A stretch of DNA of 16,782 nucleotides from Terrimicrobiaceae bacterium (GTDB lineage Bacteria > Verrucomicrobiota > Verrucomicrobiia > Chthoniobacterales > Terrimicrobiaceae): the NCBI GenBank assembly GCA_044342325.1, contig JBIIPZ010000052.1:1-16782 (forward strand). The letters are read 5' to 3'. Shown here in pieces: positions 16,565-16,782 of this stretch (within the stretch, counting starts at the first letter, position 1; each line of letters begins with the position of its first letter). The position numbers and the translations under genes are program-made. The notes under the pieces are model-generated. The model had not been told where the DNA came from, did not search any database, and saw only the letters and a program-made list of their open reading frames with translations.

Positions 16565-16606
16565 TCACCGTGTCAAGTTAGTGCTCTACTACTGAGCTAA
16601 CCGAGC
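16565..16606 (-). pseudogene. 5' half of tRNA-Val(GAC), degenerate; probable att-site relic
   Basis: Minus strand GCTCGGT TA GCTC AGTAGTA GAGC A CTAAC TTGACAC GGTGA: acceptor 5' strand, D arm and GAC anticodon loop. No T arm or 3' acceptor strand follows. Confidence 0.8.
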
Positions 16607-16782
16607 GGAAATAAGTTGAGCTTCCATCGCTCGTATGGCTTCACCGCAATATTTTTTCTGGTGCGCCAGCACCGCCAACCAAACCAATGAAATGAAAAGT
16701 GTTCATCATGCGAACTGAGCATCAAGCATGTAGTGAAGCGGGCGGGGTCGGGAGTAATTCCGGCATCGAAGCCCCGTGGAGC

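Noticed and set aside
16659..16667. GGCGCACCA on the minus strand as the missing tRNA 3' end
   Set aside because: No T arm, does not pair with GCTCGGT, and lies on the wrong side of the 5' half.

Overview
Bacterial accessory carbohydrate/small-molecule catabolic region. A Verrucomicrobiota-like host is my inference from the integrase type and general gene style, not something proven. Left to right: 3' end of a MocD-like desaturase-family gene; Gfo/Idh/MocA plus zinc-less MDR dehydrogenase pair with a divergent AraC regulator; a second AraC divergent from a PhyH-type Fe(II)/2OG dioxygenase plus NHL (PAL-like) gene pair; a DeoR regulator divergent from glcD-[four-helix-bundle gene]-glcF; a type II toxin-antitoxin pair; a minus-strand five-gene sugar operon (class I aldolase, Gfo/Idh/MocA, mutarotase-like protein, D-lyxose isomerase family, PfkB kinase); and a decayed tyrosine integrase abutting a 5' half tRNA-Val(GAC). 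Most notable: (i) an Avd/IVS-like four-helix-bundle gene inside the glcDF operon, bracketed by three CATCCAA-type heptamer arrays (two direct, one inverted) capable of mutually exclusive RNA pairing; (ii) a dioxygenase plus PAL-like lyase pair resembling a non-copper analogue of PAM chemistry; (iii) a possible natural ketopentose-1-phosphate to glycolate pathway.
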